DNA of 54,672 bases, filler included, from Bipalium vagum (Eukaryota): assembly GCA_037834085.1 (NCBI GenBank). It is 3 parts of 3 records of this genome, joined end to end, with 100 filler letters (N's around TTAATTAATTAA, not from the genome) between each part and the next. Parts side by side here need not be neighbours in the genome. Positions count along the whole stretch, not along the records: positions 1 to 18,132 come from JBBMKC010039893.1; 2 more parts are not named here. One strand, 5' to 3'. Under the pieces are notes generated by a model. The model searched no databases. It saw only the letters and a list, made by a program, of their open reading frames with translations, and was not told the origin of the DNA. The translations under genes were made by a program, and so were the position numbers. Positions within the stretch are counted from its first letter, which is position 1. Each line of letters starts with the position of its first letter. Positions 1-13,888 of the stretch are shown here, piece by piece.

Positions 1-70
1 TTAACGAAACTTTGATATAACGAAGTAATTTGATCGGTCCCTTGAAATTCGTTATATCGAGACTGAACTG
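1..70. mobile_element. Terminal fragment of a pogo/Tigger-like MITE
   Basis: Ends in TTCGTTATATCGAGACTGAACTG followed by TA. The reverse complement CAGTTCAGTCTCGATATAACGAA resembles pogo/Tigger TIRs, and the subterminal ATAACGAA motif is repeated. The other end lies outside the window. Confidence 0.55.
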
Positions 71-3049
71 TATTAATAATTGTAAAAAAATATTATATTA
101 AAATAGGGGATATCGGGGATTTCTTAATTTTTTAATGTTTTCTTGATCTTGATTGTTCTTAAAATAACCAATAAATAATACAAAATTATTATTATTATTA
201 TTTCGAAATTCATATATTATTATATAAAAAATGAATTAATTAAAATAAACTTTTTGAAAAATTATTATTCGTGATAAAAATTAAACTTTTTGAACTCGTG
301 TTAAATTTTTCACATATCCGATTGACAGCAATAAAATTTAGAATTATTTATTTTATTTTATTTTCAAGATTTTATTCTGGGTATTTAAGAACTTGAACTG
401 ACTATTAATTAGAGTCATTTAAAAGAAGAATTCTGAAATTATTGGAAGAAAATATATAAAATAATTTGATTAAGCCTATCTTTAACAAAAGGTACATATT
501 TTGGTAAAAATAATTATGATTTTTTCTCCGCATTTAATTAAAACCGGAATTTGATTTATATTTTTAATAATTTATTAAAAGCTTCATTTCTACAATAATT
601 TGTTTAAACACGACAGGATTGGTTTACTTAAAATGCCTTAAATAATTGAATTTGAAAAAAAAAATAAAAAATCAAATTAATATTTTAATATGTTATTTTC
701 ACAAATTTCATTAATTAATTAATTTAAATAAATTACTTTAAAAATAATAAATATTATGACATTTATTTTCTGATATTTAGTTCAAGCGGAACATGTGCCG
801 TTGTATTTATGATAGTTTTAAAAAGAAATAACAATTAGAAATTCTAAAAACGTTTGTTTTGTTTAAATTGATCTAAATAATATTTCTTTATAAATTATTG
901 TTTATTTATTCTACATCAAATATTTTGTTTTAATATTTAAATATAATCAATATAAATTTGAAATATTATTTGATTTTTTCTACTGTAAATAACTATTTGA
1001 ACTTATTTCTCTTTAATTAAAACAAATAATGACAAAAAACAAAATTTTAATCAATAAAATGAAAAAATTGAAAATTCAAGTCACAAGTTAACTATGGAAA
1101 ATATTTCATTGAATTTTGATATTTATATATAAATATTTTGATAAAAAAAATATAAATGTATGAATTATTAATTCACATTAAAGAAGATAAAAATTATGCA
1201 AATGATGTTTTTTTCTTTAAGTAATCATTTTTTATTTGTTATCAAAAACCCACGTCTTACACTTGTTAACACGATCAAATTGAAATAATGAAGTGAGTTG
1301 TAAAGAAAGTAAACAAGTAAAGGAAAATGATTTTTCTACAGTGATGGTGGATTTTCATTATGTTACATGTTTTTGTTTTTTGTTTATGTTAAAATATATG
1401 GTACATCAAAATAAAGTTTCTTCGTCAATTTGATTAGTTTCTGATATGTTAAATACATCTTTGAGTGTTTGTCACCTGTTTTTTTATTTACCAGTCCGAG
1501 GTAATTTAGGGATATATTCGGCGATGACAAGAGGATTTATATCCTATGGAGATCAACCATAAGAGATCATCAACAATAGGGACATTTTTTGTGTGTAAAG
1601 CAAAAATCAACCTAGTTCTCAGGTCAATCCTTGGTCTAGGTCAACATGGAAATATCATCTGGTTTCGATACTAATTATTTATCCTAATGGGGTTCAACCA
1701 CATGGTATTTCATATAGGTGATTACTGCTTCCCCTGGAATTTGACCTAGTTCCTTGGTCATCATCAGTCGGCTTTGGTTCAGCATTATCCAGTCACTGAT
1801 CTCCAATCTCTTGTATGATGGGATTCATAGATGAATCAGACGCTTGTGACCATTCTAGCGGTTCATTCATGTTGTAACTAGCTTTGAGGGTTCAACTACT
1901 TTGATTAAAGATGCAGGTTTCTTTGAGGTCTGTTTTCAGATGTGGTGAAAGTCACTTGGCTCATTCTTTATATATTATTAAAATAAGTATAAGTATATAT
2001 TATTATACAATAAAAATAAGAAATAAAATAACTGGAAAGTTATTTATGCGAAGCAAGCAGACAGTTAATATAAAAATGTCAACAAACCATTACGGAATTA
2101 TAATACATTCTGATGTATTTCGTTTTGGGGTTCCTTGCTTGGGAGTCTCCATAATTATAAGATTTGCCATTAAAAATCAATCTTTCTTAATATTCAGTGA
2201 ATATAACTGAGAAATACAAAGTCTACGCGAAATCACAGGGTCTCTCCACATACAAGGGTCATGTCAGATTTGAAGTCAAATATTATTAATACCTAAATAT
2301 AACATTAATAAATTTTATAACAATTTCAAATAAAATAGGTTAAAATCAATTTTTTGTTAATATATTTTTTATTAAACGAAAAATTCAATATTGAAAAACG
2401 TTAATGTTTCAAAATTATTTTGTTGTTTTAATTTTCATTAAATATTCAATTATGATATAATTAGAAATTTTTTAACTGCTTCAAAATTAAAAAGTTTAAT
2501 AAACAAAAATTAATAAATTAAATTACATTTTCTTCTGAAAACCTTTCGAATGCGGCCTTGGAGTACTTTGTTCTTTATTATTAGTTTCTTATATTATTTT
2601 TCCTTAAGTGTTTGATAAAAGTTAATGACTTTTACATTAATTATTCAAAGTTTACTAATCCAAGAACATTATTATATTTCTTTCCTCTTTTATCATCAAT
2701 AATACATTAACTAATGAACTTTCTTTATTAACACGGATGTTATATATTAATTATTTTATTTAATTTGTCAACCACATTCTTTATTACTAGCGAGATATGG
2801 ATAATATTGTGATATGGGGTTACAATACTTCATTGTTTAAACTTTTGATAGGAAATAATAAAACAAAAAAGAAACATTTTAAAACACTTGCAATGAATTT
2901 TTGAGACGGTGAAAATTAATTAATTTAAAATTAATTAATTTATTATTTTTATATTTTTTATAAAAATTATGATTTTAACTTTGATAATAATTATTATAAT
3001 TAATAATAATTGTATAAGAGATCTTATTTGACTAATATTAATTGCCTAT

Positions 3050-3700
3050 TTGGATCATACTTGATGTAGATTAAATGTTTTCCTGTGACATAGACTCTAT
3101 CATTATGGAACAATTTCAACAACGAAAAGTATTAAATATTGTAAGTTTTATATTTGGTAATCCGAAAGGGAAAAGTCAGATGAGTATAACGATCGAGTCA
3201 TAAGATCTCAAACATCATTCAAAATTTGTTGCTCCTTGAACTTTGCTGTCTGGCATTATTGTGTAAGACAACACCTTTCCGTGTTCTCAATTGTAGTCGT
3301 TTAGCATCGATATTTACCTTGAGATCTGCTAGATCTTTGAAGTTGATGTTTTCATTTTGCTGTAACGGCTGATTACCTTTTAGTCCTACCATACAGATAG
3401 CAATAATTTTTGTTGATGAAGTTCGGTCTCGGGTGTCTTTAGGGGAGTTTCATCTGCTTTATTTCATGACATTGTCATATTGAAACAATTTCTTATTTAG
3501 GATTACTACTTTTTAAAAAAAGATATTCATTGGTTTGATACTGATATTTGAGCAACTCTATTCTTTGTTGCTATGTTATGGGAAACCAAAATATCGTAGT
3601 AGCTGACAAATCCCAGTGTTTGTATATCATAAATTAATAGAATTTGGTTTGCGTTTTCTATAACATTCATTGTAGATTACTGATATTACATTACTTGATT
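3050..3700 (-). mobile_element. Decayed mariner transposase remnant
   Basis: Minus-strand fragments PLKTPETELHQQKLLLSVW*D*K, VVLHNNAR and LYSSDFSLSDY match mariner motifs (KVMLCVWWD, HDNARPH, YSPDLAPSDY). Many stops; boundaries approximate. Confidence 0.6.
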
Positions 3701-4094
3701 AGTATCTACTTAACTTTATTACATTATATTATATTTAAGACAAACGTATTGAAAAAAATTTATATTACAATAACCATTACAAAATGAAAAATACAATTTT
3801 TAAATGAATTAATAATAATTATTATTATAAGGATTTGTTGTATACATATCAATTCTCTATAGATAATTTCACTATTTATTGTTTATATCTTCACAATTTT
3901 TGTAGTAATTCAATTTAAATCATACATTGTTTAGAAAATACAATAGTTAACCTTAAGGCCAGAAAACATTACAAAAAACAATAAATGTAGATAACATTAA
4001 CATTCACTTAGCAACCGTGAATAAGTAATAAATCAAATAAATATTGAAAAAAGTAATGGAAAAAATATTTAATGATATTATCATAAATTGTTAA

Positions 4095-4945
4095 ATGATT
4101 TTCAAAATTTACTTTGCATTATGTATGTCAACAGTCCATGCAAATATCTATTACCAATCCAATGAGAAATGTGTTTCACCAAAATTAAAGAAATTTCCAT
4201 TGCCGTCATTGATTGAGTGTTCTCTTCAGTGCTACTTGAAAGATTGCACCGCTTACCAATTTGATAAAACAACCTTGAGTTGTATAATCTATGAACTTCA
4301 TGATATTTGCCAATCCAATATCAAATGTTCAACTGCGTTTGTATTCGTAGATAAAAAGAAACATAATGTGATGGTAAACTCGATTTTTTATTTCATACCT
4401 TGATAATTATTTCATTTTAGTACGGTAAAACTGACAAAGTCCTTCAACACGAGGCGATGATAAAAATAATTTCTCATTTTAATTTTTATTATGCAGAAAA
4501 TTATACCATTATTGATATAAGTGAAACGGCTTCGGTAGTTGAAAGTAAAAATCATACTGTATTAATGATAATCAGTACCTTGAATGATACAAAATTATTT
4601 ATAATGGGATCAATTTTTAAGCGTTCATTAATAATTGACAGTCCTATAAAAACTAAATTGCTAAATGAAATTGTCTCATTTTCAACAAACGGGTCTTGCA
4701 AAAATTATAAGGACTGCCTATCGGTAACATCTTACTTACCCTCCGAAAAGACAAATCATGTTTTTACAGTAAACACAGTTCAAAAAATGGATGAAGATTG
4801 CTTCGTAAGAACAATCATCAGAAAGAAATGGCATTTGGTGTTTAATAGTTGGGATCTTTTCAAGACGAAATATTGTCAAAATATTTTTAAGATCTTCAAA
4901 ATTTGTGGACAGAAAATATTTACATCTAAGGGAATTTGTTTTTGA
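4095..4945 (+). CDS. Secreted PAN/Apple-domain-containing protein, 2 exons (4095-4373, 4421-4945), ~267 aa
   Basis: Signal-peptide-like MIFKIYFALCMSTVHA. The cysteine pattern SLIECSLQCYLKDCTAYQFDKTTLSCIIY fits PAN/Apple. A 47-nt phase-0 intron (GTAAAC...TTTTAG, 4374-4420) joins the two listed ORFs in frame (...HNVM|YGKTDKVLQHEAMIK...). Confidence 0.7.
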
Positions 4946-5297
4946 AAATAACAAAATGATCTTTTTGTAGTGCTTTAGAGTACTCGAAAGCCTTTTAATA
5001 ATAATAAAAAACAATTCTCGTTTCATTTTCTTTGACTTTTAATGTATAAATATATGTACCCACACATTGCTAAAAAAGAATACCGCTGGAGCGAAACATT
5101 TAAAATTGTGAATATAATTAGATGAATTAGATTTGTTAGAACTTCATTTGTCATATTTTGTTTAAAATTAAAAACTCTATAATATATTAAGTTATTGATT
5201 AGAAAATGTATTTCAATAAAATTTTATAATCATTTTAAATCTAGCATTTTAAAAAAAGAAGACTTTTAAACAATGTGTTGTATGTTTTGCATCCCTC

Positions 5298-6060
5298 GTG
5301 ATCACTGACGTCAAAATGTTTAGGAAACTTGTTGAGCAACTTAAAAGAACAATCGTGATAGATCTGAAGAAAATTTTTGAAATGGAAAATGAAAGTGAAG
5401 AATGTTTAAATAATGATAAAAGACGACTCTCACAATTAGCCTTGAAAAATGGTCATATTTCATCAAATGAAATTGCCATAGAAATGAAGAAGAAAGGGAG
5501 TCCTCCAGTAGATACAAGTAAAATAAGAAAAATTAAATTAGATGGGGATATGGTTAATAGTAATAAAGAAGTCTGTACCAAAATTGATTCCAATTTATAA
5601 AAAAAAGAAAATCGAATGATGAAAGGATTACCAGAAGACCAAATTTTGGTCGATGGACTTTCATTGCCGATTACTTATTTGAACCAATTCAAATCGTGTT
5701 AGATTTTGGTCCAGGTCAAGACCTAAAAAATGAGAAACCAAAATGGAATCCACATTTAATGGTATGAGGAGCAAAAAGCACCAAAGGAAAATAAAATTTG
5801 GCAAAATTTCCAGGTAAGATTGACTTCAAATCGTATCAAGGATGTTAGAGAAATCTCTGTCAAGCATTAGAAATATGTCACCAAAATTTCTTCTAATGCG
5901 CTCTAGATCAACACCCCATACCTCGAAGTCGGAAAGAGATTAGTTAGCTGCAAATAATATGTAATAAATAATATATAACTCTCCAGACTGAACCCCAAAC
6001 AAAAAAATATAATAAAGTTCATTACCCTGGAGTAATTTTTATTTTAAAAGGGGACACTAT
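5298..6060 (+). mobile_element. Decayed Tc1-like transposase remnant
   Basis: KRRLSQLALKNGHISSNEIAIEM resembles the second Tc1 HTH. Downstream MV*GA (VMVWG-like) and an NSPD/LNP-like fragment near 5980. Heavily frameshifted. Confidence 0.55.
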
Positions 6061-6078
6061 TTTGTAGCAAGGGAGCCA

Positions 6079-7365
6079 TTATGTTGAAGTATAAGTTAGT
6101 TCGTTTTTTTTTCAAATGAGTTTTTTGTCCCAATTCTGGTTATATTTATCAAAGTATTATGAATACTTGGAAAACTAATTATCCATTGTATATCTTTTTG
6201 TTTTATTGAACTAATTTAAAATATTTACTTTGCGCATATTTTAAATTGAACTATGGTATTCATTGACAAAGATGTACATTATCGACATCTGATACTTTTT
6301 GCACACAATCGTGGTTGTAAAGCTGCACAAGCCGCTCGAGATATTTGTGAGGTATATCGAAAAGGTATCAGCAGTACGCAGACAGCTCCAAAATGGTTTG
6401 GAAAATTTAAGAGTGATAATTCACAAGATGAAATTCGTTCTAAGCGACCTACTGATTCTGATGATATTTTAAACACACTTTTAAAAGGCAATAGACTACA
6501 AAGCACACGTGAGTTGGCGGTTCAAATGAAATGCAACCAAATGACAATCTATAGTCACTTAAAATCAATGGACAAAGTTCAAAAGATGGAAATATGGATA
6601 CCACATGAGTTGGCAGAAAACAAATAACATCAACACTTCACAACTGTGACAGATTTACTTGCGCGTCATAGATCCACTCATGGTCAAAATTCAAGATTTC
6701 TCCATCGGATTTTCAATGAAGACGAAAAGTGTTGTCTATATGTATATCACCGATAAAGGAAATAATGGTTAAGCAGGAGGTAACCAGCAACTTGTCAAGT
6801 TAAGTAAGATATCCGTGTTCGGAAGAAAATGATCAATGTGTGGTGGAGCTGGAAGGGTCTCATTTATTTTGAAATGCTACCACATAATCACACAATCAAC
6901 CAGCAGCTCTACGTAGACCAATTGCATTGCTTGAACCACGTTATTCAGGAGAAGCAACCTCATCGCCAAGAGACAGTTTTTGCAACTCTACAACGTCCGA
7001 CCACACATAGCACAGCTCATAAATGCCATCCAGGAACTCGGTTTTTTAGTTTTGGCTCATTCTCCACATGTTCCGTATCTCGCTTCGTCAGATTTCCACC
7101 TTTTTCTTTCGCTTTCTAACAAAATGCGAGATTCAACATTCAACAATGATGAGGATCTGAAGAGGATAATTTGATTCCAGACCAGCGCAATTTTGGTAAA
7201 ACGGGATCAACAAATTGGTTGAACCATGGAAAAAGTTTTAAATAATTGTGGAACATGTAACTGATTGACCTTTTTGCTTATCTTGAAATAAATGTCTTTA
7301 TTTTTGCTTAAATAATATTGATTAATAAATGATTAAAAAAGAACGAATTTCTGCTTCAACCTAAT
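6079..7365 (+). mobile_element. Full-length (~1.29 kb) degenerate mariner element
   Basis: Imperfect TIRs (TTATGTTGAAGTATAAGTTAGTTCGTTTT / AAAAGAACGAATTTCTGCTTCAACCTAA). Transposase pieces AAQAARDICEVY, WIPHEL, EDEKC, MINVWWSWKG and HSPHVPYLASSDFHLF. Stops and frameshifts indicate it is inactive. Confidence 0.9.
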
Positions 7366-8039
7366 ATATAAACATATTTTCAAAAAGTTCCGAGAAAATT
7401 CCATTTAAAGATTCTCGGTTATAGAATTTTTAAAATTATTTTTTGGATATAAATATAATAAATAAATATATATAATAAAAAAATTAATATATAATAAATA
7501 ATAATATAAATATAATATAAATCAAAATTTTTGTTATTTTAATTAATTAATTATTTTTTATTTTAATTTTTAATATTATTAATTATATAAATACTTGTTT
7601 CATCAATCACAAACAAATTAACTAGTTTCTTTTCAGAAAACAATGTTTGAAGATTATAATGGTTTTGTAATAAATTCTGTCATAGGATCAATATTTTATC
7701 ATTTATAACACAAATTATGTAAAAATGTTTCTTTGTAAAAAGGTAGAGGATCCTTAGAAGATTATCAACTAAGATGATCAGCGTTGAATTTCTGACACGT
7801 CCGTAGTTATCGACTCGGACGAAGACCTTATTGAAATACATACCTTCCCTCACTGGGTACATTTGATCCAGAGTTTCACAAATGTTTCCTTTTTTAAATT
7901 TATCTTTTTGCGTTGACTTTGTGCGAGTTTTCTCAAAAAAGTGAGAGCCGACATCATCAACATTATTAGCTGAAAAGGATATTGTTGGTCAACACTCAGG
8001 AAACTCTTCAAATTCAAAGCTTTATTTTTTATTGTTATT

Positions 8040-8450
8040 ATTTACAACAAAATTCTATCCATTGATTGAAATAAACTGCTTCCACAAAGTAAGAAGTTTT
8101 TCTATTCCGTCTCGATACCAACTAGCTGATTAAGAATTGAAAAACTGCTGACTGCTAGACCCCGGCTGAGAACGTTGAGAGATCTGCTTCACAAGTATGA
8201 ATCGTTTGAGAGGTGAAAATAAATGGTGGATAAAGAAGTATTTCACAATCAAGGCCTTGTATTTAACTGAGATCCATTTGTCCCATGTGATCTCTACCAT
8301 CATGCGGTTGGAAGACCACTACTTTTCTTGACATTGTAGTGAAAAGTGTACTGTGTAATCGAATTTGTAGTCTTTGAAGCTGATCATTGTATATCTGAAC
8401 AGTACATATTATAATATGTATTTGGAAAATGTAGAAAAAATGTGTTGTCA
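8040..8450 (-). mobile_element. Mariner C-terminal remnant
   Basis: Minus strand reads RKVVVFQ... and WYRDGIEKLLTLWKQFISING, matching the mariner C-terminus (FYxxGIxKLxxRWxKxIxxNG). Confidence 0.6.
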
Positions 8451-11400
8451 AACTAAGCGAAAATAATCTTTAAAATATGATATTAATGTAAATACTCTTA
8501 TTTGTTAATCTTAATTATAATTTATCTAAATATAGCGAAATGTACTAAAATTCAGACAGCTAAAATAACCGTACACTCCCCCATCATAAAGTATATGACC
8601 ACCCAAACGAATGAATTATTTTCAGAAATTAAAAATTTAAATGATACGAGATTATTTTTATAAATCGTTTTATGAGAGGAGCGATAAATGTCATTACTTT
8701 CTCCTTAGATGTATCTCTTACGCCGACCATTTGATCATTCACAATAAAAATAAAAAAAAAAATAAATGGAAAACTAAAAAAAGTTAAAAGAGAAAAAAAA
8801 TTAACCTTTAACATTATTTTAAGCAACATTGTTATCGACTTGTTAATATTTTGTTTTAGTTTTATTTCAGTTTAATCTATCTTTGAAGCTGACTCTTTGA
8901 CGACCATGTATCTGTTTGAAGAATTCTTAATAAATCAATTATCATTTTGTTTTATTACATTTTGTCTTTCCTACTTTATTATATTAAAATAAAAAGATTA
9001 TGAATTTAAGGAGAAAATTTCAATTCAACAATTTTCTCTGGGACATTTGTGACAACATCTCAATAATCCATATTAATAAAGAACAAATTCAATCAAACAG
9101 AAAATAATCATTTTTTAAAATATTATTACAAATAATCCATTAAAACAATATATAATAATAAGAATAAGTAAATTTTTGGTGAAATTAATGTCAAAATTTC
9201 TGAAATTTTTCTCGTGGGAATATGTATATCAATTTTTTAATCTCTCAAATTGCGTGCTAATAATTCTATAATAATTATGTGCGGCATTTCAACATCAAAG
9301 CACAGTGCTACGTCTCTTATGTATACATTATATTATTATACATTACGTTGGACTATTTCCATCAAGAAATGAGCATTTTGCATTTTGAAACAAGTTTCTT
9401 TTTTTGATCATCGGTAAGTTAGTGATGCTTCCGTATTCCTGTCTTGCTTTCTTATCCATCTTTTTTAGATATGAGCAAGTTGATTCCATGATGACTCATA
9501 TTTGTAGATTCATTCCAAGCAGTATTTGAAAATGATATTTTTTCAATTGGTGCCTCTATTATGTCAGTATCCAAAATCGGTAAGATACCTGATCCAGGAT
9601 TATCTGATAAATTAAAAATTTCGATTTTTAATCGGGAAACGATCTTTGAAAATTTCTGATAATTTGATAGATTTTGTTAATTGATCTTGTAACCTTGAAA
9701 TCCGTCTTATCATAATGAAATTGATAAATCATACACAGTTATAAGTGATCTTTATTCAGAATTTCGTCTGTGTCTCTTCAGATTATATATATATATATAT
9801 ATATCAAATTATTTGAAAGATATTCAGGTACTACACTTCATAATGTCAACAAAAACAAATAACAGAGATGTTTGTATAATTTATTACTATTATGTAGTCT
9901 AAAATGTATTAAGCTTTCTTCAGACCGTATGGCTTTAGAGTCGTGTATCTCAAATATTATAATTAACATTAAGTAAAAGGTAAATGAATTTATTATTAAG
10001 TTGTGGTGTTTCACTCATGCTTAACGTTTTGTAAAATAGATCTGAACCAGTTTATATAATCGACAGTATAGCAACATTCAAAAACTGAGAACCGCGATTT
10101 TTCCAGATTGAAACAATATCGACCATGATACCATTCAAAATTTCATAGATAACATACGAAATCGTGTTTTTTAATTCATTCATATAACGGAGGAATTACA
10201 GAATATCACTTACCAGTTATCCTATTGATGTTTTGATAATAAAAAAAAATATATAATGATTTCCAGAAAGTGATCTTATTAATTTGAAAAAGTTTTTTTG
10301 TACAAAAAATTTATTATTTTCCAGAGTATTATTATTTTTGGCTTATTACTTGTCATTATTTTTGTTTATACTTTGAATATATAAAACGTTAAGTACATTT
10401 CCTTTTTTGGACAATGGTCTAGGGGATTCATTATTGATTTTTAGCTATTTAAGGTTGGGCTCATTACATTTTGAAACAAACTATATTTAATATGAATTAT
10501 TCAAAATCGACACTTATTATCTGTAGACCTAATATTTATTAACTAACTGTCTCTTCAAACATTTTAAAATTTTTCAGAACAGGAAAACAATTTTATTTTC
10601 ATTAAGGTAAATATTAACTTTCTCATAGTTCAGTATTATTGGCCGAATTTTGTGTATTTGATTTTTTAATGAATTATTACTTTATTTTTCTTTCAAAAAA
10701 TATTAAATACCTTTTTCTTCCTATTAGATTGTAAAGAAATAAATGGCGATTTTTAACATCTAACTTTAAAGGAACACATGACAGCTAAAACAAAGTTTTA
10801 TTTATCAAAATAAAATCCGCCAGACTGTACACACTTCTCTTAACGAGTGACAAGCTTATTTATCCCGATTCGATAAAATTCGAATTCTTCAAAGGCCTGA
10901 ATGACGTCATCCACATTTAATACAAATAGATCCTAAACATTACTATTTTGCTTTTCAGTAGTTATAAATCAGAAATTGTAATTCATAAATTTCTTTCTTT
11001 AAATGTTAAATTTTACATTCGTCGATTATTCATTTATTCAAGGGAAAAATCAATATTGAATATTATGATTTTAATATTAGGAATATATAATCAAAATATC
11101 TTTAATATACTCATAATATATTATATTTTTCAAACTTTTCTTTTTAATTTCTATCTTTAACACCTTTAAAAATAATATCAGTTAATAATAATATTATTAT
11201 AATAAAATAATTTTCAATATTTAGAGTATCAAATTTAAAACGGACTCAAACTCATAGGTGCTGCGAAATAACAATCAGTAAAGCAATGGCTTGTATTTAT
11301 ATCACAAAATCACAAAAAAATCACACTGATAAAAATCTCACAAGGCATCAAACTTAACAAAAAGGGATCACAATAATATCTGAAAAGTCTTACTTATTTA

Positions 11401-12168
11401 ATAAAAAAAAACTATCCTATAAAAATTGAATGATTTAATCAAAACAAAATAATTACTTAAAGTCAATGAAAACAATAAATAGAATCGGTAATTAATAATA
11501 ATATTAAAGAATGTTAAGAAAAATACAATAATTATTATAGAAAAAGCAAAACGATCTATCAACTAAGCCTTTACAGTTACTCAGAGATAGCCCTTTTCAT
11601 TAAAATATGTTAATTTCTTTATTAACGATTAAGGTAATATATTTTGTTTGTTTTAATTTTAGTCATTTTCTAAACAAATGCTTCATAATTTATATAATTT
11701 CTAATGAAAAATATAATTAATATTATTGAATGTTTAACAATAATAATAAGAACAAAATTAATAATTGTATATTTTTATAGAATTAATTAGAAAAATTATT
11801 TATTTATCACAAAAATTTTAAAAAATCTGTGAAAATTATATTTTATTTCACATTATGTAGCTAATAGAAAAATCGAAATATTCATTATTTTTACAAGATA
11901 AAAAATCTATAATTATAAAAGGAGAGAAATTTCCTCCAGACAGAAAACGATCATTTACTGATTTTCAGAAATTTCAATCTGGTAAATTTGATTATTATGT
12001 ATCAATCCAATTAAGCTTTTCTTTAACTGTTTTAAAAAATATATAATTTTGTTAGGGAATTACCTGTACATTTTTTGTGAAGTACCAAGACTTTATTCGA
12101 GACAAGCAAGAAATTTTCAAAATGTCTTAATAATGTGTTAATAATAAAAATAATCGAAAATCTTTTTA

Positions 12169-12420
12169 TTAAAAATATAGATTTTGCTTTTTGTTATTTT
12201 TTTCAGTTGATAATCTTCCAGACTTCCAAAGATCACAAACATTCCCAGTCTCCTTTAAATTTGTAAATATCTTCCTCATTATTCTTGATGTAGGTATTCT
12301 TTTCCATTTGAAGTGTACTACATGTTGTCTGATCAATGTGAGGGATTCCAACTTAGATATCAGTAAAACAATTTGCATTCTTTGTTCCATGGAGAACATA
12401 AAAATTATTTGAATTAACCA
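12169..12420 (-). mobile_element. N-terminal HTH fragment of a DD37D/maT-like (DUF4817-type) transposase
   Basis: MFSMEQRMQIV...IPTSRIMRKIFTNLKETGNVCDLWKSGRLST matches the PxxxTIxxxxxKFxETGSVxDxxRSGRP pattern. Confidence 0.6.
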
Positions 12421-12549
12421 TTATATAACCATTCAAAGAAAATTTGATCATTCTACTTAAAGAATTTCTTCACATTATCTTTTATGACATCCTTTAAAAT
12501 AAATTTTTGCCCTCCTATATGTTTCTTCAACTGACTAAGAAACAAAAAA

Positions 12550-13290
12550 TCAGATTGTGTAAGATCTGGACTGTATATAATGTTCATCTGCACAAACGTA
12601 GCTTAAATCAGTGTCTTGTGTTTTCTTTAAAGTGAATAAGAACGTGGTTTTCGTGCATCATGAAAAAACACCAAGAGACGTTGAAGAGCAATATTTCACT
12701 TGCAAGCAGCTGCTAAAAAGGCACCAAAAAATGGGTTTCTTACACCGTATAGGCACCGAGGAAGAAAAATAGATATTCTTGGAAAACCATAAGATGGAGA
12801 TTTTCTAAGTTAAACCCGGTCAGAGATCTCATCAGTTTCAATACTAACACAAAAGCAAAATATTCATGATTCCAAGGTAATCTTTTATAACAGGTAAAAC
12901 CAATCGTGTGATTCTATCACGGGCAAACGATATAGGCTACAATTGATATACATAAGCCGCACATTTCGAGAAAAAAGACCGAAATACTCTCAAAAACATG
13001 ACAAAATTATTCTTCTGCATGATGACACCAGGCACATGTCGCAAAAGTCGTAGAAAATATTTTGGAAACGTTCAAGTGGGCTGTTTTAGGGTACCCGCCG
13101 TATTCGTCTGACATTTGTTCCTTCCCATTACCAACTATATTCTGACTGATGAAGACAATTTGACAAGTTACCGGTTCATTTCTTTCAAAGAAATTGACCA
13201 ATGAGTGCTAACTTGGATTACCTCAAAAGACGAGAAATTTATTCAAGATGGAATTCGAAAATTACCCGAGAGGTTGGAAAAAATAAGTTT
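12550..13290 (+). mobile_element. Decayed Mos1-like mariner remnant
   Basis: CKQLLKRHQKMGFLHRIGTEEEK*IF, HDKIILLHDD, YPPYSSDI and FIQDGIRKLPERLEK. Confidence 0.75.
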
Positions 13291-13359
13291 TTCATACATA
13301 TTATTTAATAGTTGCCTAATAAATTTAGGATTACAAATTTATACGATAAACCGTATTAA

Positions 13360-13888
13360 TAGGGCAAGTTAAATGCCATATATGCCAATTTTTTCATTTT
13401 ATGGCATTTAAAATTTGTTTTAATAAATATGTTTTATGCAATTTTTTAAATTCTATAAAATACTGAAATCAAATAAAAGTGATAAAGAATGATTAAAAAT
13501 ATTAAAAGCATGTTAAGAAATTTTATGTGGTATATTGATTTTTGACACCATTTAGAAAGGTAAGAAGTGTAGTCTATTTATTCAAAAACCTAAGAGATTA
13601 ACGGATAATTGAGTATCCAAATTACTATTATTTGATAAAGAAATATCTCCACTGGACTATATAAATTAAAAGAAATGTCCGCCAACCAGTATTGCAGTAG
13701 AGCGAAACTTTTCAATGTTATGAAAAAAATTTGCTACACAGAAATGTTAGAAGTCAAAATTTTTTTCGTTATTTCTCACAATATTAAAATGTTTTCCAGA
13801 ATAGATCTTGTAATTTTATATTGTTATATTTTTAAAATTACATTTTCCTAAGTTTTTTGAGGATAAATGCCATTTTAGACTTGCCCTA
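13360..13888 (+). mobile_element. Non-autonomous hAT-like element, 529 bp
   Basis: TIRs TAGGGCAAGT... / ...ACTTGCCCTA. Flanking 8-bp near-duplication CGTATTAA (13352-13359) / CGTATTAT (13889-13896). Internal remnant SIAVERNFS resembles the hAT ERxFS dimerisation motif. Confidence 0.7.

Noticed and set aside
1440-2280. GC-elevated stretch including the 99-aa ORF at 1911-2210
   Set aside because: No recognisable motif or splice structure; likely an old unclassified repeat.
9340-10230. Very decayed mariner/Tc1-like traces
   Set aside because: Motifs too degraded to place boundaries or assign a family.
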